Assembly: GCF_006345805.1 (NCBI RefSeq)
Contig: NC_043012.1
Coordinates: forward strand, 26,164,001-26,228,000
Reading direction: 5' to 3'
Source of the DNA: Octopus sinensis
Taxonomy: Eukaryota
DNA: 64,000 bases
In this document: one piece after another, positions 37,401 to 52,381 of the stretch
Layout: every line of letters begins with the position of its first letter
How positions within the stretch are numbered: position 1 is the stretch's first letter
Program-made: the position numbers and the translations under genes
Notes under the pieces: generated by a model
Told to the model about the DNA's origin: nothing
The model's database searches: none
What the model saw: only the letters and a program-made list of their open reading frames with translations

Positions 37401-37416
37401 CCACAAGATGGCAGCA
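37401..37416 (+). promoter_or_regulatory. CTCF-like core motif
   Basis: CCACAAGATGGCAGCA versus consensus CCASYAGRKGGCRS (one mismatch), in non-repetitive sequence. Confidence 0.35.
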
Positions 37417-37742
37417 GATATTGGAGCAAAATTGTATGTATATCATTGATTAAATAAATCGCTTTTTTCACAGCCATCCGAGCTCGATGCGCTGTTCACC
37501 TGCAGAGGTTTGTGAGATGGTTGTGATGTTTAAACTGTTTTGAGTAGGAGTCGGAGAGAGATGAATGAGCACGCATTGTAAAACGGAAGAGAAGAATAAA
37601 AACGCAATGCGCATGTCTGAGATCACTTTCGAGCAGGTTTGTTGCAATTTTCTTGTTTCATAACACTTTTGCCTTGCTTTCTTGCAAAACACAAAGGCAT
37701 TTTCGTTGACCCAGACTACACGCACGCACACGCATGCAAAAA

Positions 37743-37785
<43 letters not shown>

Positions 37786-37899
37786 TGTTGATAGTGTAAC
37801 GTTTAGCAAATCTGTCGCTCTTTGGGTTTGTGCTCGATTCCAAATAAGGCTCTACAATCCTAACATCATATGTATACATGTGTGTGATTGTGTGTGTGT

Positions 37900-38065
37900 A
37901 CACAGATTATTGCCGTCTTCCTGTACCTTTCCGCTGTCAATAGCATTTCTGACTTTCCTTCCATGACCTCCAAGATGACTTTTCAGATCTGCATGGTTTC
38001 GAACACAGGCGACTGGCGAAAGCAATAATTTTCTGTGCGCTTCCATTTGCTTACGTCTGCACACG
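37900..38065 (-). pseudogene. Possible highly decayed RTE LINE C-terminal fragment
   Basis: KVILEVMEGK resembles the RTE ILEGKxEGKR motif. Confidence 0.25.
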
Positions 38066-38597
38066 TTTCCACTCTTCCATTGCTATAGGACTTTCAGCAG
38101 ATCAAATGAAAAATTAGTTTACTATAAAGATACAGCTACGCGTCATTGGATTATAGTGGTAAACGCTTGCACAACACGAGGACCACTGTCTGAGTCTCCG
38201 AGATTAATAGCTAGTGGTTGAACGAAGGAAGATAACTATTAATCACATGAAACCTCAGATCCTCCTTCACAGTGACTCTTTCCAGAAAGGATGCTGTGAC
38301 AACTTCTAAAGGTCTCTTTCTCTTAGTGGTTTTATTGCACGCTCCGACACTAATCGATTTAATTGCTGCATTTGTGCTCAGATGTAATTTCCTCACATCT
38401 ATTAGTTAATTCGAAGCTGGGACCCCAACATGTGCCAATACTAATGGGTCAGAAAAGAACCAGGAACAATAATAGATAAAAGAGTTCTCGAATCAGGACC
38501 CCACTACCGGATGCAGTTTAACTTCATACATACATACATACATACATACATACATACATACATACATACATACATACATACATACATACGTACATAC

Positions 38598-38808
38598 AGG
38601 GAGACCTGAAGAGTTCCTCGCTTTATATGTGTTGCGAAAAGCTTTGCTGGAGGCTCAATCTTCTGACTTCTACGGGCTCAGAAAAAAAGATGGACCGGCG
38701 CAGTAAGTATGTGTACCTGAGAGAGGAATATGTGAATTAGATCATAATTAACTGATCTACTGCATTTCCTTTTACCCAAAGCTAGGAACCTTTCAGCACC
38801 CCCAGGCA
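38598..38808 (+). mobile_element. Mariner-derived MITE, sister of 3467-3686
   Basis: CTGAAGAGTTCCTCGCTTT / AAAGCTAGGAACCTTTCAG inverted ends; shared ATAATTAACTGAT body. Confidence 0.7.
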
Positions 38809-39568
38809 CATATGTGTTCAGACAAATATTTACATCCCATAGCTTTTCAGGTAAAAATGTAAAACAATCTAAGCTCACTGGAGGCCTGAGAGACATTTTA
38901 TAAATCAGTGTCAATTTAGTTTCCACAGTGGCACTTTAAGAATATTCAGTGGGAGATAGTAAAACAATATGTCTGTTGTATTAATTTACATGAACGGCAT
39001 TTAAGAAACAGATCTATATTTTTTGACAGTTGCTTATCTGCTGAGGGAGTCGAAATTAAGATTTAATGAGAACTGAGTATGTCAATATTTAGAACAGAAT
39101 ACTATTACGTAAAATGATTTTGGGGTGTTTTGGTAATAAAGGTAATCACGTTTGTGCATGCATGCGTATATGCGCATATCAGTGCATGTATGTGCACGCG
39201 TTTCTGTGTGTATATGTACGAATGTATGTATGAGTGGATGGATGTGTATAAGAGCAAGACAAAATAAGCTATCTACAGTACATACTTCATTCTGAAATTT
39301 TGTGAGTATAATGTGTTGATGTACCCGAGGCAATATAACTAGAGTACAGAAAGATAAAGGAGTAGCGGTGTTAGTAGAAGTTAAAAAGATGAAAGAGCAG
39401 GGTGAAATAAAACAAAATGACATGAAATAAATGAAATACAATAAAAACTAGTAGAGTTCAAGCAATTATGAAGAGATTAAATTTTCCGAAATAGGTTTAT
39501 GGATGCACAAGAGTTTAAAGGTTCATGGATACAAGAGACTAAGGATATAGGCGTAAGGATATAGGCTT

Positions 39569-39923
39569 AGGAGTGGCTGTGTGGTAAGTAGTTGCTTATG
39601 AACCACATGGTTCCGGGTTCAGTCCCACTACGTGGCACCTTGAGCAAGTCTCTTCTACTATAGCCTCGGGCCGACCAAAGCCTTGTGAGTGGATTTGGTA
39701 GACGGAAGCTACCATACGTATAGATACACATGTATACATACACACACATACATACGACGAGTTTCGTATGTATGTGTATGTATATGTATGTGTGTGTATG
39801 TGTTTGTGTCCCTTCCCCCCACCCCAACATCGCTTGACAACCGATGCTGGTGTGTTTACGTCTCCGTAAATTCGCGGTTCGGCCAAAGAGACCGATAGAA
39901 TAAGTACTAGGCTTACAAAGAAT
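39569..39923 (+). mobile_element. SINE family A, 3'-truncated
   Basis: Head and body near-identical to 13468. Confidence 0.92.
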
Positions 39924-40045
39924 GTATTTTTATTTTTCATGTTATTTTTACAATTTCTTTAGTGAAAGGAAAGTGAAATAAATGAAATATATAATATAAT
40001 CTTTTTGAATTTATTTCAATTATCTTTCTTTCTCTTTCGTTTCAG

Positions 40046-40213
40046 CTACACAGGCCCCCTTTTATTCGTATATTGCAGCGATTTTGGTCTAGTTGGATCT
40101 CATCAGTCTGATGTTATAAAGGAGCTTATAGGGTCCGCATCTATGAAGTATGCTACGGAATAGATTTTCTTTCAGCAAAAATGGTGCAGAGGAAAAGTAA
40201 AACATTTACCCTG
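40046..40213 (+). other. Candidate host exon (possible 5' UTR plus start MVQRKSKTFTL)
   Basis: Polypyrimidine acceptor TCTTTCTTTCTCTTTCGTTTCAG, AAAATGG at 40181, donor CTG|GTAATG. Confidence 0.3.
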
Positions 40214-40573
40214 GTAATGCATTTAATACATCTAGCTAAGATTTTATAACAAACTGGTTTAGTTTTTGTACATAAACAAATAAATAATAACTTGCCAAAC
40301 TTTTAATATATAAATATACAATACCAGACTTAACCAGCATTTGAAGTGTTAAAATTATTATACAGTTGAAAAAATTATTAAACTCATATATACTTTCACA
40401 CCGTGTAGGTATAGATTATATAAATATATATATGTGTGTGAGCGTGTGAGTGTGTGTGTGTGCATGTAATATATATATATATATTGATATATATATATAT
40501 GTGTGTATATTGATATATATACATATATATACACATGTATATTTATATATATGTATGTATATTGAGATATATA

Positions 40574-40609
<36 letters not shown>

Positions 40610-41118
40610 TGTATATATATGTATATATATGCGTCTGGAGCTATATATACATATGTGTGTGCGTGTGTGTGCTTTTAACTATTTTTGCATCTTCATGTGT
40701 TTCTTTATGTGTATATAAACTTTATTCATAAACAGAACAATGTGGTACATCGTTTGAAGTAAACTAATAAATACACATGTGTCTTTTAATATTGAGAAAG
40801 ATTGAGTGAGAGGAAACACAAGCGAATTAGATAGATAGATTAATAAAGAGGGAGGGTGGAGAGAGAAAATTAGATAAACAGATCAAGGGAGAAAAAGTGT
40901 ATTTGTGTATGTGTGTGTGTGTGTGTGCTAGAGTGATCAGACTAGTTAAGTAAAGAACAGATTTACTCAGAGATATATAAATAAGGAGAATAAAAGAAAG
41001 TGGGAGTAGGAAAGTATTGCAATGTGTTACAGTGAGCCGTCACTTACGAGCGAGTATTGTTTAAATACATATATCAGTCTTCGCTAGTTCTTTTTTGTTA
41101 TTATTATTATTATTATTA

Positions 41119-41575
41119 TCTGTGGAGACAAGCACTTTCCTCTCTGGTCAATCTCTCATCAACTTCTTCAAGTATCACTTGAAAAGGAAACTGAGAGTAG
41201 AGAGGCAAGTTTTGTCTAGCGAATGTTTCAAAAAAAGATGGGTGAATGTAGCAAGGATGGCACGTATGAAAGACGAAGCCACATTGAGCATAATCCTATG
41301 CAACATTATTGACCGAGATTACCGTGGTCTTTGCCATAGGGCTTTTCTGTCCACGGATAAACCTTATCTACTTCCCCCTTCACACTTTACATCATGACAT
41401 TTCTGTGATACACGATCCCTGTTGATCGTTTTTTTTTCTTTCCCTTTTACGATCCCTTTTGATTGAAAACCTATCCCACTTATCTTTTTTCTTTTTTCTC
41501 CCCACCCCCAAGCTCTACTTTGTAATTTGTCCCGTCTGTGTGCAGCCCTGTGTGGCTAATAAAGAAACATTATCT
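41119..41575 (+). mobile_element. Tx1-like LINE 3' end (ORF2 C-terminus plus 3' UTR)
   Basis: TFLSGQSLINFFKYHLKRKLRVERQVLSSECFKKRW, T-rich UTR, AATAAA followed by TATCT. Confidence 0.75.
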
Positions 41576-41595
41576 GATTAAATATTTGCTAGAAG

Positions 41596-41626
<31 letters not shown>

Positions 41627-41844
41627 GGCTTTCGCTTCCCTTAAACATGACCAATTAAAGCATCTAGAATGAGGCATATGACAGGTGAAGTGAACTGCAT
41701 TCTATTACAGATGAGTAGAGTGCCGTCTCATCCAACAAGGTGTCTTCCATATATAGTTATATGTGTGTGTGTGTGTGTGTGTATGTGTGTGTGTGTCCGT
41801 GTGAATACATATGTGTACGAATTATGCTATACTTGTACATATTC

Positions 41845-42066
41845 CTTTATTCTTTTATTTGTTGCAGTCATTTGAGTGCAGCCAAGCTGGAGCACCTCCT
41901 TTAGTCGAGCAAATACACCGCAGGACTTATTCTTTGTAAACCTAGTACTTATTCTATCGGTCACTTTTGCTGAACCACGAAGTTACGGGGACATAAACAC
42001 ACTAGCACTGGTTATGAAGCGTTGTTGTGGGGGACAAGCACAGACATACAAGCATATACATACGCG

Positions 42067-42097
<31 letters not shown>

Positions 42098-42250
42098 GTA
42101 TATATACGATGGGCTTCCTTCAGTTTCTGTCTACCAAATCCACTCACAAGCCTTTAGAGTAGAAGAGAGTTGCCCAAGCTGACACGCAGTGGGATTGAAC
42201 TCGGAACTATATGGTTGGTAAGCAAGCTACTTACCACGTAACTACTCCTA
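41845..42250 (-). mobile_element. SINE family A
   Basis: Reverse complement of the family A body and head. Confidence 0.9.
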
Positions 42251-42276
42251 TATAATTCATACATAAATATCTGTGT

Positions 42277-42277
42277 T

Positions 42278-42336
<59 letters not shown>

Positions 42337-42353
42337 TGATAGATAGATAGATT

Positions 42354-42392
<39 letters not shown>

Positions 42393-42422
42393 TGATAGAT
42401 ATAGATAGATAGATAGATAGTT

Positions 42423-42465
<43 letters not shown>

Positions 42466-42466
42466 T

Positions 42467-42525
<59 letters not shown>

Positions 42526-42526
42526 T

Positions 42527-42561
<35 letters not shown>

Positions 42562-42562
42562 T

Positions 42563-42593
<31 letters not shown>

Positions 42594-42606
42594 TGATAGA
42601 TAGATT

Positions 42607-42661
<55 letters not shown>

Positions 42662-42678
42662 TGATAGATAGATAGATT

Positions 42679-42737
<59 letters not shown>

Positions 42738-42738
42738 T

Positions 42739-42816
<78 letters not shown>

Positions 42817-42822
42817 TAGATA
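42277..42822. repeat. Long (GATA)n/(GACA)n array
   Basis: Direct reading, ~545 bp. Confidence 0.97.
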
Positions 42823-43171
42823 GAAGAGTGATTGATAGACCGGTAGACAGAAAGATAGATTGGTACGTCTAATCAATAGAAAGAGTGATACATAAGTGCA
42901 TACATATTTACATGCAAACATCCATACCTACAAACATACATATGTGTGTGTTGTGTGTGTGTTGTGTACCTTCAGAAATACTTATATGCGTACATAGATG
43001 CACACATACAGATATACGCACACATGCACACATACACACATATATACATACACACATATATACAGACATTCATACACACTCACACATATATACGTACACA
43101 CACATACATACATATATACATGCAAGCATACATACTTACACACACATACATATATACATATATATACATAT

Positions 43172-43420
43172 ATACATGCACGCATGCATACATACATAGA
43201 TACACACACACATACATACATACATGTATAAATACACTCATGCAAACATACACACACATATACATACATACACACAAATACATACATACATGCACGCATG
43301 CATAGATACACACACACATACATACATGTATAAATACACGCATGCATACATACACATACATATACATACATACACACAAATACATACATACCTGCACGCA
43401 TGCATAGATACACACATACA
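43172..43420. repeat. ~105-115-bp higher-order repeat of compound CA/TA microsatellite (about 2.3 units)
   Basis: TGCACGCATGCATA recurs at ~43177, ~43291 and ~43393 with the same downstream variant pattern. Confidence 0.7.
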
Positions 43421-43444
43421 TACATACATACATACATACATACA

Positions 43445-43478
<34 letters not shown>

Positions 43479-43951
43479 GCACGAATCAAAGAGTTATAGA
43501 CACTGAGAGACACAAAGTTAAACAGACTAAGATAAAAACAAATATTTGCACACTACTCGTGTGTATATATTGGTATTCTTATTATTTTTATTAGTGTTTT
43601 TTTCTTTCACTTTCTGTATATTTTGTCTTATGTTTCGGCAATGTTGATCATATTCTTTTGAAATCTTATAGTTGTGTGTAAGAAGTCAATTAGACTTCAT
43701 ATGAATTGGTCTGAGAAAAAAAAAAGACATAGCGTATCAGGTTTCTATCTATGTGATAAACTAACACCACATCACCCCAGTACCTGTAGCCGAGTATGTG
43801 CAATAAGATTTACATACGTTTACAAATAGAGCTTTATATATATATGTGTGTGTATGCGTGTGTATCTGTGTATATGTGTATTTTCATATACACTCTTAAT
43901 ATATATGCATATATATGTGTGTGAATATGTATAAATATATTATATGCATGT

Positions 43952-44002
<51 letters not shown>

Positions 44003-44617
44003 CATGTATATATATGTGTTATGTATATGCATGTATCGATGTATATCTATTTGTGTGTGGGTGTATATATATATAGTATATGTACGTATATATATTATAT
44101 ATATATATATGTGTGTGATGCGTGTGTATATGTGTGTATATGTGCGCATTGTTGTGCATGTGCGTGTGTGTATACGTTTGTGTAACTCTATTTCGGTACG
44201 TGTACGCTTATCTTACATACGTGCATATGGTAATATTTATATGTGCATCGCTAGTAACATTCACAGATATACATGCATGCATGTGTGTATATATGAATCT
44301 GAGTATGTATGTTTATATCTATACATGAATACACATGTATGAATGTATGTATGCCTGTCCGTACTATGTATGTATGTATTTATATTTATATATATGTACG
44401 TATGTATGTATGTATACATTTTATGTATTTAAGTTTACATATTTATGTGTGTACATTAGTGTGTGCCTGTGTATATATATCGTTTGATGAGATTTTAACT
44501 TCGAGTTATACACTAGTATATAAGAATTGGTTTGATATATACCAATATCACTTTGTATATATGCAAATACATATGCGTGTTTGTGTGCATGCATATATAT
44601 AATGCATAAACTCATGT

Positions 44618-44659
<42 letters not shown>

Positions 44660-45086
44660 GTATGTATGTACTTTTACATGTGTATACACACACACACATA
44701 ATATATATACACACACAGACATATTTATATATATATAGACACACATTTTGACAAGACTAGAAGATTGGAGTTTATCTTAACTTGTAGACAAGTCCCACAA
44801 ATGATATTACAATTGAAGAAGATAACAATAGGAAGTGTATAACTACATCAGGCTTGATCAATGTTTCTGAACGATATATGAAATAATAACCACTTAGTGA
44901 TATTTGATTCTTAAAAACACCTTTTGATATCATGTTTCAGTGTTATTACACCTTGTTCGATAATTATATTTAATTCAGTTGATAAGTCTTAGAAGGCTTA
45001 TTATACTTCTGTGAATGTACTTGCACGTGTGTTGTACGTGTGTGTATAAGATAAGGCCCTTCAGGTCTTACAACTATCATCTAAGT

Positions 45087-45800
45087 CAATGGATCTCAAA
45101 TGGTTTCCAGATGGTTCCTGACTGTTTATAAAAGATTTTGTGTAGTCCATGCTACAAACTAGTAAACTCGGGGTCCACAACAGTATTTTAAGGAACCCTG
45201 GAAATATTTCCCTTTCGATGTATGCATTTCTCTCTCTCATGTTTTACATTATTCAACTTTACACAAGTTAACGTCTGAAAAACAAAATAGGAATTTTAAA
45301 AGAAGTTTTAAAAGGAGTGGCTGTGTGGTAAGTAGCTTGCTTACAAACCACATGGTTCCGGGTTCAGTCCCACTGCGTGGCATCTTGGGCAAGTGTCTTC
45401 TGCTATAGCCCCGGGCCGACCAATGCCTTGTGAGTGGATTTGGTAGACTGAAACTGAAAGAAGCCTGTCGTATATATGTATATATATATATAAGTGTGTG
45501 TGTATATGTTTGTGTGTGTGTGTTTGTCCCCCTAGCATTGCTTGACAACCGATGCTGGTGTGTTTACGTCCCCGGTTCGGCAAAAGAGACCGATAGAATA
45601 AGTACTGGGCTTACAAAGAATAAGTCCCGGGGTCGATTTGCTCGACTAAAGGCGGTGCTCCAGCATGGCCGCAGTCAAATGACTGAAACAAGTAAAAGAG
45701 TATAAAAGAGAAAAAGAGTATAAAACTAGTTTTTCAGCATTGAATAATTATGGGGTCCACCAGAATAACATAGTAATCAAGTGGATCTTGAGAACCCTTG
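45087..45800. mobile_element. hAT/Charlie-like MITE carrying a nested SINE
   Basis: CAATGGATCTCAA / TTGAGAACCCTTG ends; 8-bp flanks ATCTAAGT / ATTAAAGT; internal GGGGTCCAC motifs. Confidence 0.6.
45313..45722 (+). mobile_element. SINE family A, young full length
   Basis: Nearly identical to 13468-13887. Confidence 0.93.
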
Positions 45801-45973
45801 ATTAAAGTATATGACTGCATACAAGTGCTGAATTCTGGGCTCATGATGCTTGCTGCCCCAGACCCGTACAATTTTGAAGGACGAAAAAATGGGATTAGCT
45901 CTGCACAAATCATCTTCACTATAATAATTTTCATTGTACAGGACGTTCAGTTAACCAAGATATCAGTGCTAAA

Positions 45974-46358
45974 TCTCTCTCTATATAAACGGCAGTTTGT
46001 CTGTGCGTGTTTCTGTGTGTCTGTTTGCTTGTACCCTCACTCTGACCACGGCTTTCAACCGATTCTGATGAAACTTGACACACACATAGCCCCTGTCATA
46101 ATTCAAAAACTAACGCAGCGAAAATTTTGAAAAGTTCCCCCAGTTCTGAAAAAAATCGATAAATTCGACATGGGGTCGAGAATCAAAAAATATACCACAG
46201 ACTGTCTAGGGGACGCAACTCAACCTTTTTTTACTCTCAAAAAAAAATTTACCATCATTTTTTTTCCATTTTTTTGCTATTTTTTGGTTATAACTCTCTA
46301 AAAATGCTTTATAGTTATTTCCCTTACAAACCTGAGCAACGCCGGGCGATACTGCTAG
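45974..46358 (+). mobile_element. Complete non-autonomous Helitron (385 bp)
   Basis: A|TC start, subterminal hairpin CCTGAGCAACGCCGGG, CTAG|T end, no target-site duplication. Confidence 0.85.
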
Positions 46359-47038
46359 TACTAAATACATCACAGTTTCCTCGCTACAAAACATTGAACT
46401 AGCAACAACGTGCGGCTCTGTCCTGCTTGACCTCAAAAGTCACACACACACACATGCACCGCGAACGCAAACACGAACATACATGCACGCCGAAAGGTAT
46501 ATAAGCAAAACAAATTTTCCAACTATAAAATTACTTACGGTAAAAGCCATTTGTTATGCGATATTTATGTGTGAATCAAAGTAAATATTTGCAGGCGCAT
46601 TCGTTATTATAATGTTAGTGTGCAGGTGTATGAAAGTAGTGGCTTGAACGAGGTCTCTTAGTCTCTAAGTCTATTAAATATGTATGAACATGCTTCGGCG
46701 TCATATCTACAAGTATGACTATTCGGCATGCAGCCCTTGTTCTCTAATTATCAAGGGTTCAAAACGGGAGAATTGCTTCCTTTACATGGTGATGGAAAAA
46801 AGGAGCACAATTATGTTTTGGATATTCTGGGGTCCAGAAAGATTGGAAAATATCTGATATGAAATGGTTTCGTTTCATATTCCATTAATCGAACAAAATT
46901 GACTCATTAACGCAGTTTTTACCTAACCCTCTGTAAAACAACTTTGCAATTTTAGCGTATGAAGGTATATACGCACGCACACGCACATGCACTGACGCAC
47001 GTGCAGTTGCGTAAAAGCACATTTATATTATATTATAT

Positions 47039-47082
<44 letters not shown>

Positions 47083-48324
47083 CATCTGTTTGTTGTCTAC
47101 ACCACCTGTCTTTTTTTTGTGAATTTTCCCCTATACATATATATACACGCACACGTGTGTGTTTGTGTGTGTGTATGTTTGTGTGTGGGTGTGTATGTGT
47201 GTGTGTGTGGTGTGTGTGTGTATAATGTCAGATGCACTGTAATTAGTAAGAAGGGGGACGATGGCTTACAAAAGTATTCTGAATACTTTCCGGCAAATTC
47301 GAACATGAATATATTAAGCGTTGTAGTGTTTTATCCCAAAAGAATAATTATTTCATACAAATGTGTGTTCATAAAATAGATTCCTTAGCATAACGGATTC
47401 AGGAAAAAAGGTGGTGTTTCGACAACGTTGTGACTCGTCAGTCACAGTCACAACGGACTTATAAATCTGACAAGAATCGATGCTCTTGTTCATAACTTCA
47501 GCGAACAAATTGTGTGCTGATCCGTGCAGGCATCTGCCAACGATAATAAATCGCCATGTGAGCGCTTTGATTCTCATAGCTTACATTCTCTACTTGAGAA
47601 GAAAATGATTATATCTATATATATATATAATGTAGTTATACAAGTGTGCGTGTAAATGTGTGTTTTTGAAATTGTGTTTATCAAAAGGAATGTGTATGTC
47701 CATCTGCATGTGTATGTCTACGTGTGCTTATATTTATGAAATATTACATTTATGCTATACGCATGTATGACTATATGGGTATATAATACGTGCAGAAGAG
47801 AGGTATTGACTGCATATTCATGAAATATCAACATAAATGAAAGAGTTGACAAGATGTATATATATATATATAATATATATATATACCTTTACGTATACAC
47901 ACATGCGCATATCCATATTAATGCATTTATGTATGCAAATATATATACATATAGATATATACATATATATGTATACAGAATATATAATTATATACATATA
48001 TAAGATTATATATATGTACATATATATATATCTCACCTATCTATCTATTTATATTATAATATATCTATATATAATATATATAATATAAGTATGTATGTAT
48101 GTGTATGCATGTAAGTATGAGCATATAATTATAGATAAAGTTGGAGTATGATCAAGAGAGGAAGAATTTGAATTAGAAAAACATGGATGACAAAGGATAT
48201 AAAAACAGGAGCAAGAAATATGAAATTTTCTTTTTTGCTCGCCTCTACAATTATCAGCCTAAAAACTGTGTGGATTATAAGCGCGTGGAAAAGAAAGTAG
48301 TGAAATAACGTTATATACACAGAC

Positions 48325-48362
<38 letters not shown>

Positions 48363-48477
48363 TATATATATTCACACAGAAACACTCACATACACAACCA
48401 CACACATGCACAGACACACACATATATATTATATATGATATATATATATATATAAATATATTATATATATATATATG

Positions 48478-48509
<32 letters not shown>

Positions 48510-48780
48510 CATACATATATATATGTGTATATATTATATATGTATATGTATATATATGTATATATATATATGTATAATATATATATATTTATATGTATAT
48601 ATATATATATAGATAGATATATAGATTTACATACATATATACATACAGTTAATATATGTGCATATGTAACACGAACACACATACACGTGCAGAAGCAAAC
48701 TCACGTATATATGTGTGTGTGTATCTATTAATATATATACATACCTCACTACGCCCACTTACACCGGTATATATATACAT

Positions 48781-48826
<46 letters not shown>

Positions 48827-49855
48827 AATATACTTGTATTTTTACAAATATATACTTTGCTGAAGAGTGAGCAATCTTGTTGTTCGTTCCTCTGAGTTTA
48901 TGCTGCTTTTTGCTATATATGAGTGTATCTGTCCGTGTGTTTACGTATGATTGTGTGTTTGTGCCTGTGTTTGCCAGTGTGTATGTGCGTGCGTACCTAT
49001 GTGTGTGTGCGTGCGTGTTCGTGCGTGTGTGTGATTCTAGGTACAATCGGCAATACCGCCATTTTTGTTGCGTGATCCGTACCAATTCCGATAGAAAAAT
49101 CTATTACAGAATGAAAATGTCATCTGCTATGTAAGTGGAATATTTTTCTATACCGTTTCCTATGTCACCGATATCGTTTCAAGTGGTTTAGAGAACGAGA
49201 GAAAAAAGAACGCATGAAAGAAAGGCAGAAACGAGGAACATATAGAGCGGGAGATTAGAGTAGAGAGGCATTATGGGAGAACCAGAGCGACACCATTATA
49301 AAATGAAGAAAGAAACCTGTTGTTCACTTATATTTCATTTTGATTTTGTTACACATTTGTGTTAAGTGTTGTTGTTCTTCTTGTTTCTTCTAATGTGTTC
49401 ATGGCACCGTTATTCTTGCCTTTTGCTTTTTTTTATTACACGTACACACTTTTATCCAATATATCCGTATATACATATTTATATATATGCGCATATTTTC
49501 ATATATGCATATGCGTACAGATATGTATAGTTATATATCGCTATATATGCTTATATTGATATAAATATATATATATATACATTTATATCTGTATATGTGA
49601 TCACGTGTTTTTCGGTATTTATATATATCTATATATATATATATATATATCTACACACACATAAATGTATGAATATATATGTATATATACACATATGTAT
49701 ATATAGATACGTTTCTATGTAGGCATATATGTATATATGTGTATATTTGTATTTATATATGATTGTATGTATGTATGTATGCATCTCTGTATTTGTGTAT
49801 GTGTTTATGCATGAATGATGTAAGTTTATGTGTTATCTATATATTTTATATATAT

Positions 49856-49886
<31 letters not shown>

Positions 49887-49991
49887 ATATACACCATATA
49901 TATATAACCATACATACATGTATGTATATATAATATATATATATATATATGTTTGTGTGTAAGTATATTATATATATGTATATATATATAT

Positions 49992-50036
<45 letters not shown>

Positions 50037-50580
50037 ATATATACATGCATGTATGTACATATGTACGTATGTGTGTGTATGTATGTATGTATGTATGTAT
50101 GTATGTATGTATGTTTGTATGTATGTATGTGTATATATGCATGCAAGCTTGATTCAATTTGTCTTTGCACAAATGTTAATATGTTTTTATTCAAAATATA
50201 GAACAGAACATCAAAGTCACATTCGTACACGTCCGCACACACAGACACACATACTCACACACTCAAACACACACACAGCTGTGTGTGTGTGTGTATGTGC
50301 GCGTGTTTGTGTGTAAGCATATATTAGTTCTTTTTTTTGTATCACGCATGTAAACAAACTGTTACACTTCACATGTGACTACAATGAAGAAATCGGGAAA
50401 TTTTCAACCTTTAAAACTGCCCCCAGCAAAGTAGTTATGAGTAGCAGGACCGTTAAATATCTTTTGTGTAATATATAATGCAAACATAGATAGGTATATA
50501 GTTGGTTAGTTAGACAGGTAGATATAAATATATATACGTACACACGCTCGCACACACAAACACATAACCTTATATAAATA

Positions 50581-50644
<64 letters not shown>

Positions 50645-51409
50645 CATAAATACTTGCATACATATATGTATATATATATGCACACACACACATACATACG
50701 TACCTATCCGTGTATACACGCGTAAATACATATCCACCCGAGTTAACACATGCCTGACAATGGCTGTAGTGCAAATATCTAAATAAAAGGAGCACACGTC
50801 AATGTATTATATGGATATATATATATATATATAATATATATGTGTGTGTGTGTGTGGTGTAGGTGTGTGTGTGTGTGTGTGTGGTGTGGTGTGTGTGCGT
50901 GTGTGTTTGTTGTTTGTTTGTGTATATATATATATACATACATATAATATATATATCAGTATGTATATATGTATATATGTGTATGTATGTATGCATGTAT
51001 GTATATATACATATATGATGGCACATTCATATATATAATTGTATAGTGTGTCTCATATTGAATGGCACACATGCAGAATGTAGAACGCTCCCTCCTTCCT
51101 TACATACTTAAAGACGAAAGTGCAAGATCTCGTACAAGTGTCCTTTCATCGGTTTTTATAGATAGAAAGATCACACAGTACACAGAGAAAAAAAAAACCT
51201 GAGAAGGAGTCAGTGCATGAATTATTTAATTACGTTTTTCATTTAATATAATAGGAAAATTATGTTATGTTAACCGAGTGCAGCATGTTTTCTTGGTGTT
51301 CTCTTTGCCAAAGATTCATACAGAATGTGTTATACTTGCTTCTTTTTATTTACAACTTTAAACGAGAGAGAGAGCGCACACGCACAGACACCTTCACACA
51401 CCGATATGT

Positions 51410-51650
51410 TTCATCTTATATCTCTTACTCGTAACAATTATCACACTGCAGCCATGCTGGGCGTATTGAGATGCAAGTAGTTGTAGTCGAACGGATCTAC
51501 CGTAGTACATTTTTTTTTCTCCGAGTCTTGTACTGATTTTATCAGTCTGCTTTGCCGAACCGCTATTTATGAGAACGCAAATAAACCAGTCGCGGTTGTC
51601 AGTCAGTTTGGGAAACAAGCACAAAGACGCAACACAGACACACGCGCCCA
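51410..51650 (-). mobile_element. SINE family A, old 3' half
   Basis: CTGCAGCCATGCTGG..TTTGCCGAACCGCTA. Confidence 0.65.
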
Positions 51651-52099
51651 CGCTTACAAAGACTTTTTAACTACCTTTATATTTTTTATTTTGTTATTTT
51701 CTTTCCTCATCTTTTTATATTCTAATATATTTTCCTAACCTTGTGATCCCCCTACACCTTCCATCTGCACATGAGAAAACCCAAGGATCCACGCACGCAT
51801 GCATACCTCGAGATGCTACAGGCACACAAAATGGGAAAGAAAACGCCCCTGAGCGCAAATATGCGCGTGTGTAGTTTTAACGTTAAGCCATAAACCACCA
51901 ACTTACCTAGAACTGCTACGGCCCCCTACCGACCAAAACCAACATCTTCCACCTCGGTTCCCTTCTCTCCCGATTCACCTCACAACTTCTAACTACCATT
52001 GCTATATCTTCTCTTTCTCTCCTCTTCCTCACATACGTCCACTTTATTTTTCTTTGACTCTAAATGTATTTACAGGGTGCCACAATATTTTTCATGTGC

Positions 52100-52321
52100 T
52101 TCGGTCATATGACTGCGGCCATGCTGGAGCACTGCTATTAGTCGAAGAAGTCGACCCCCAAGACTTAGTCTGTGTAAGCCTAGTACTCATTCTATCGGTC
52201 TCTTATGCCGAACCGCTAAGTTACGAAGACGTAAACGCGCTAACATCGGTTGCCAAGCGATGATGGAGGGATAAACTCACACACAGACCCAGGCACAAAC
52301 ACACGCAAATATATCTATTAT

Positions 52322-52381
<60 letters not shown>

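Noticed and set aside
40070-40112. Minus-strand CTGATGA-GATC..GACC-AAAA hammerhead-like string
   Set aside because: G12 is missing, stem II is mismatched and there is no stem I
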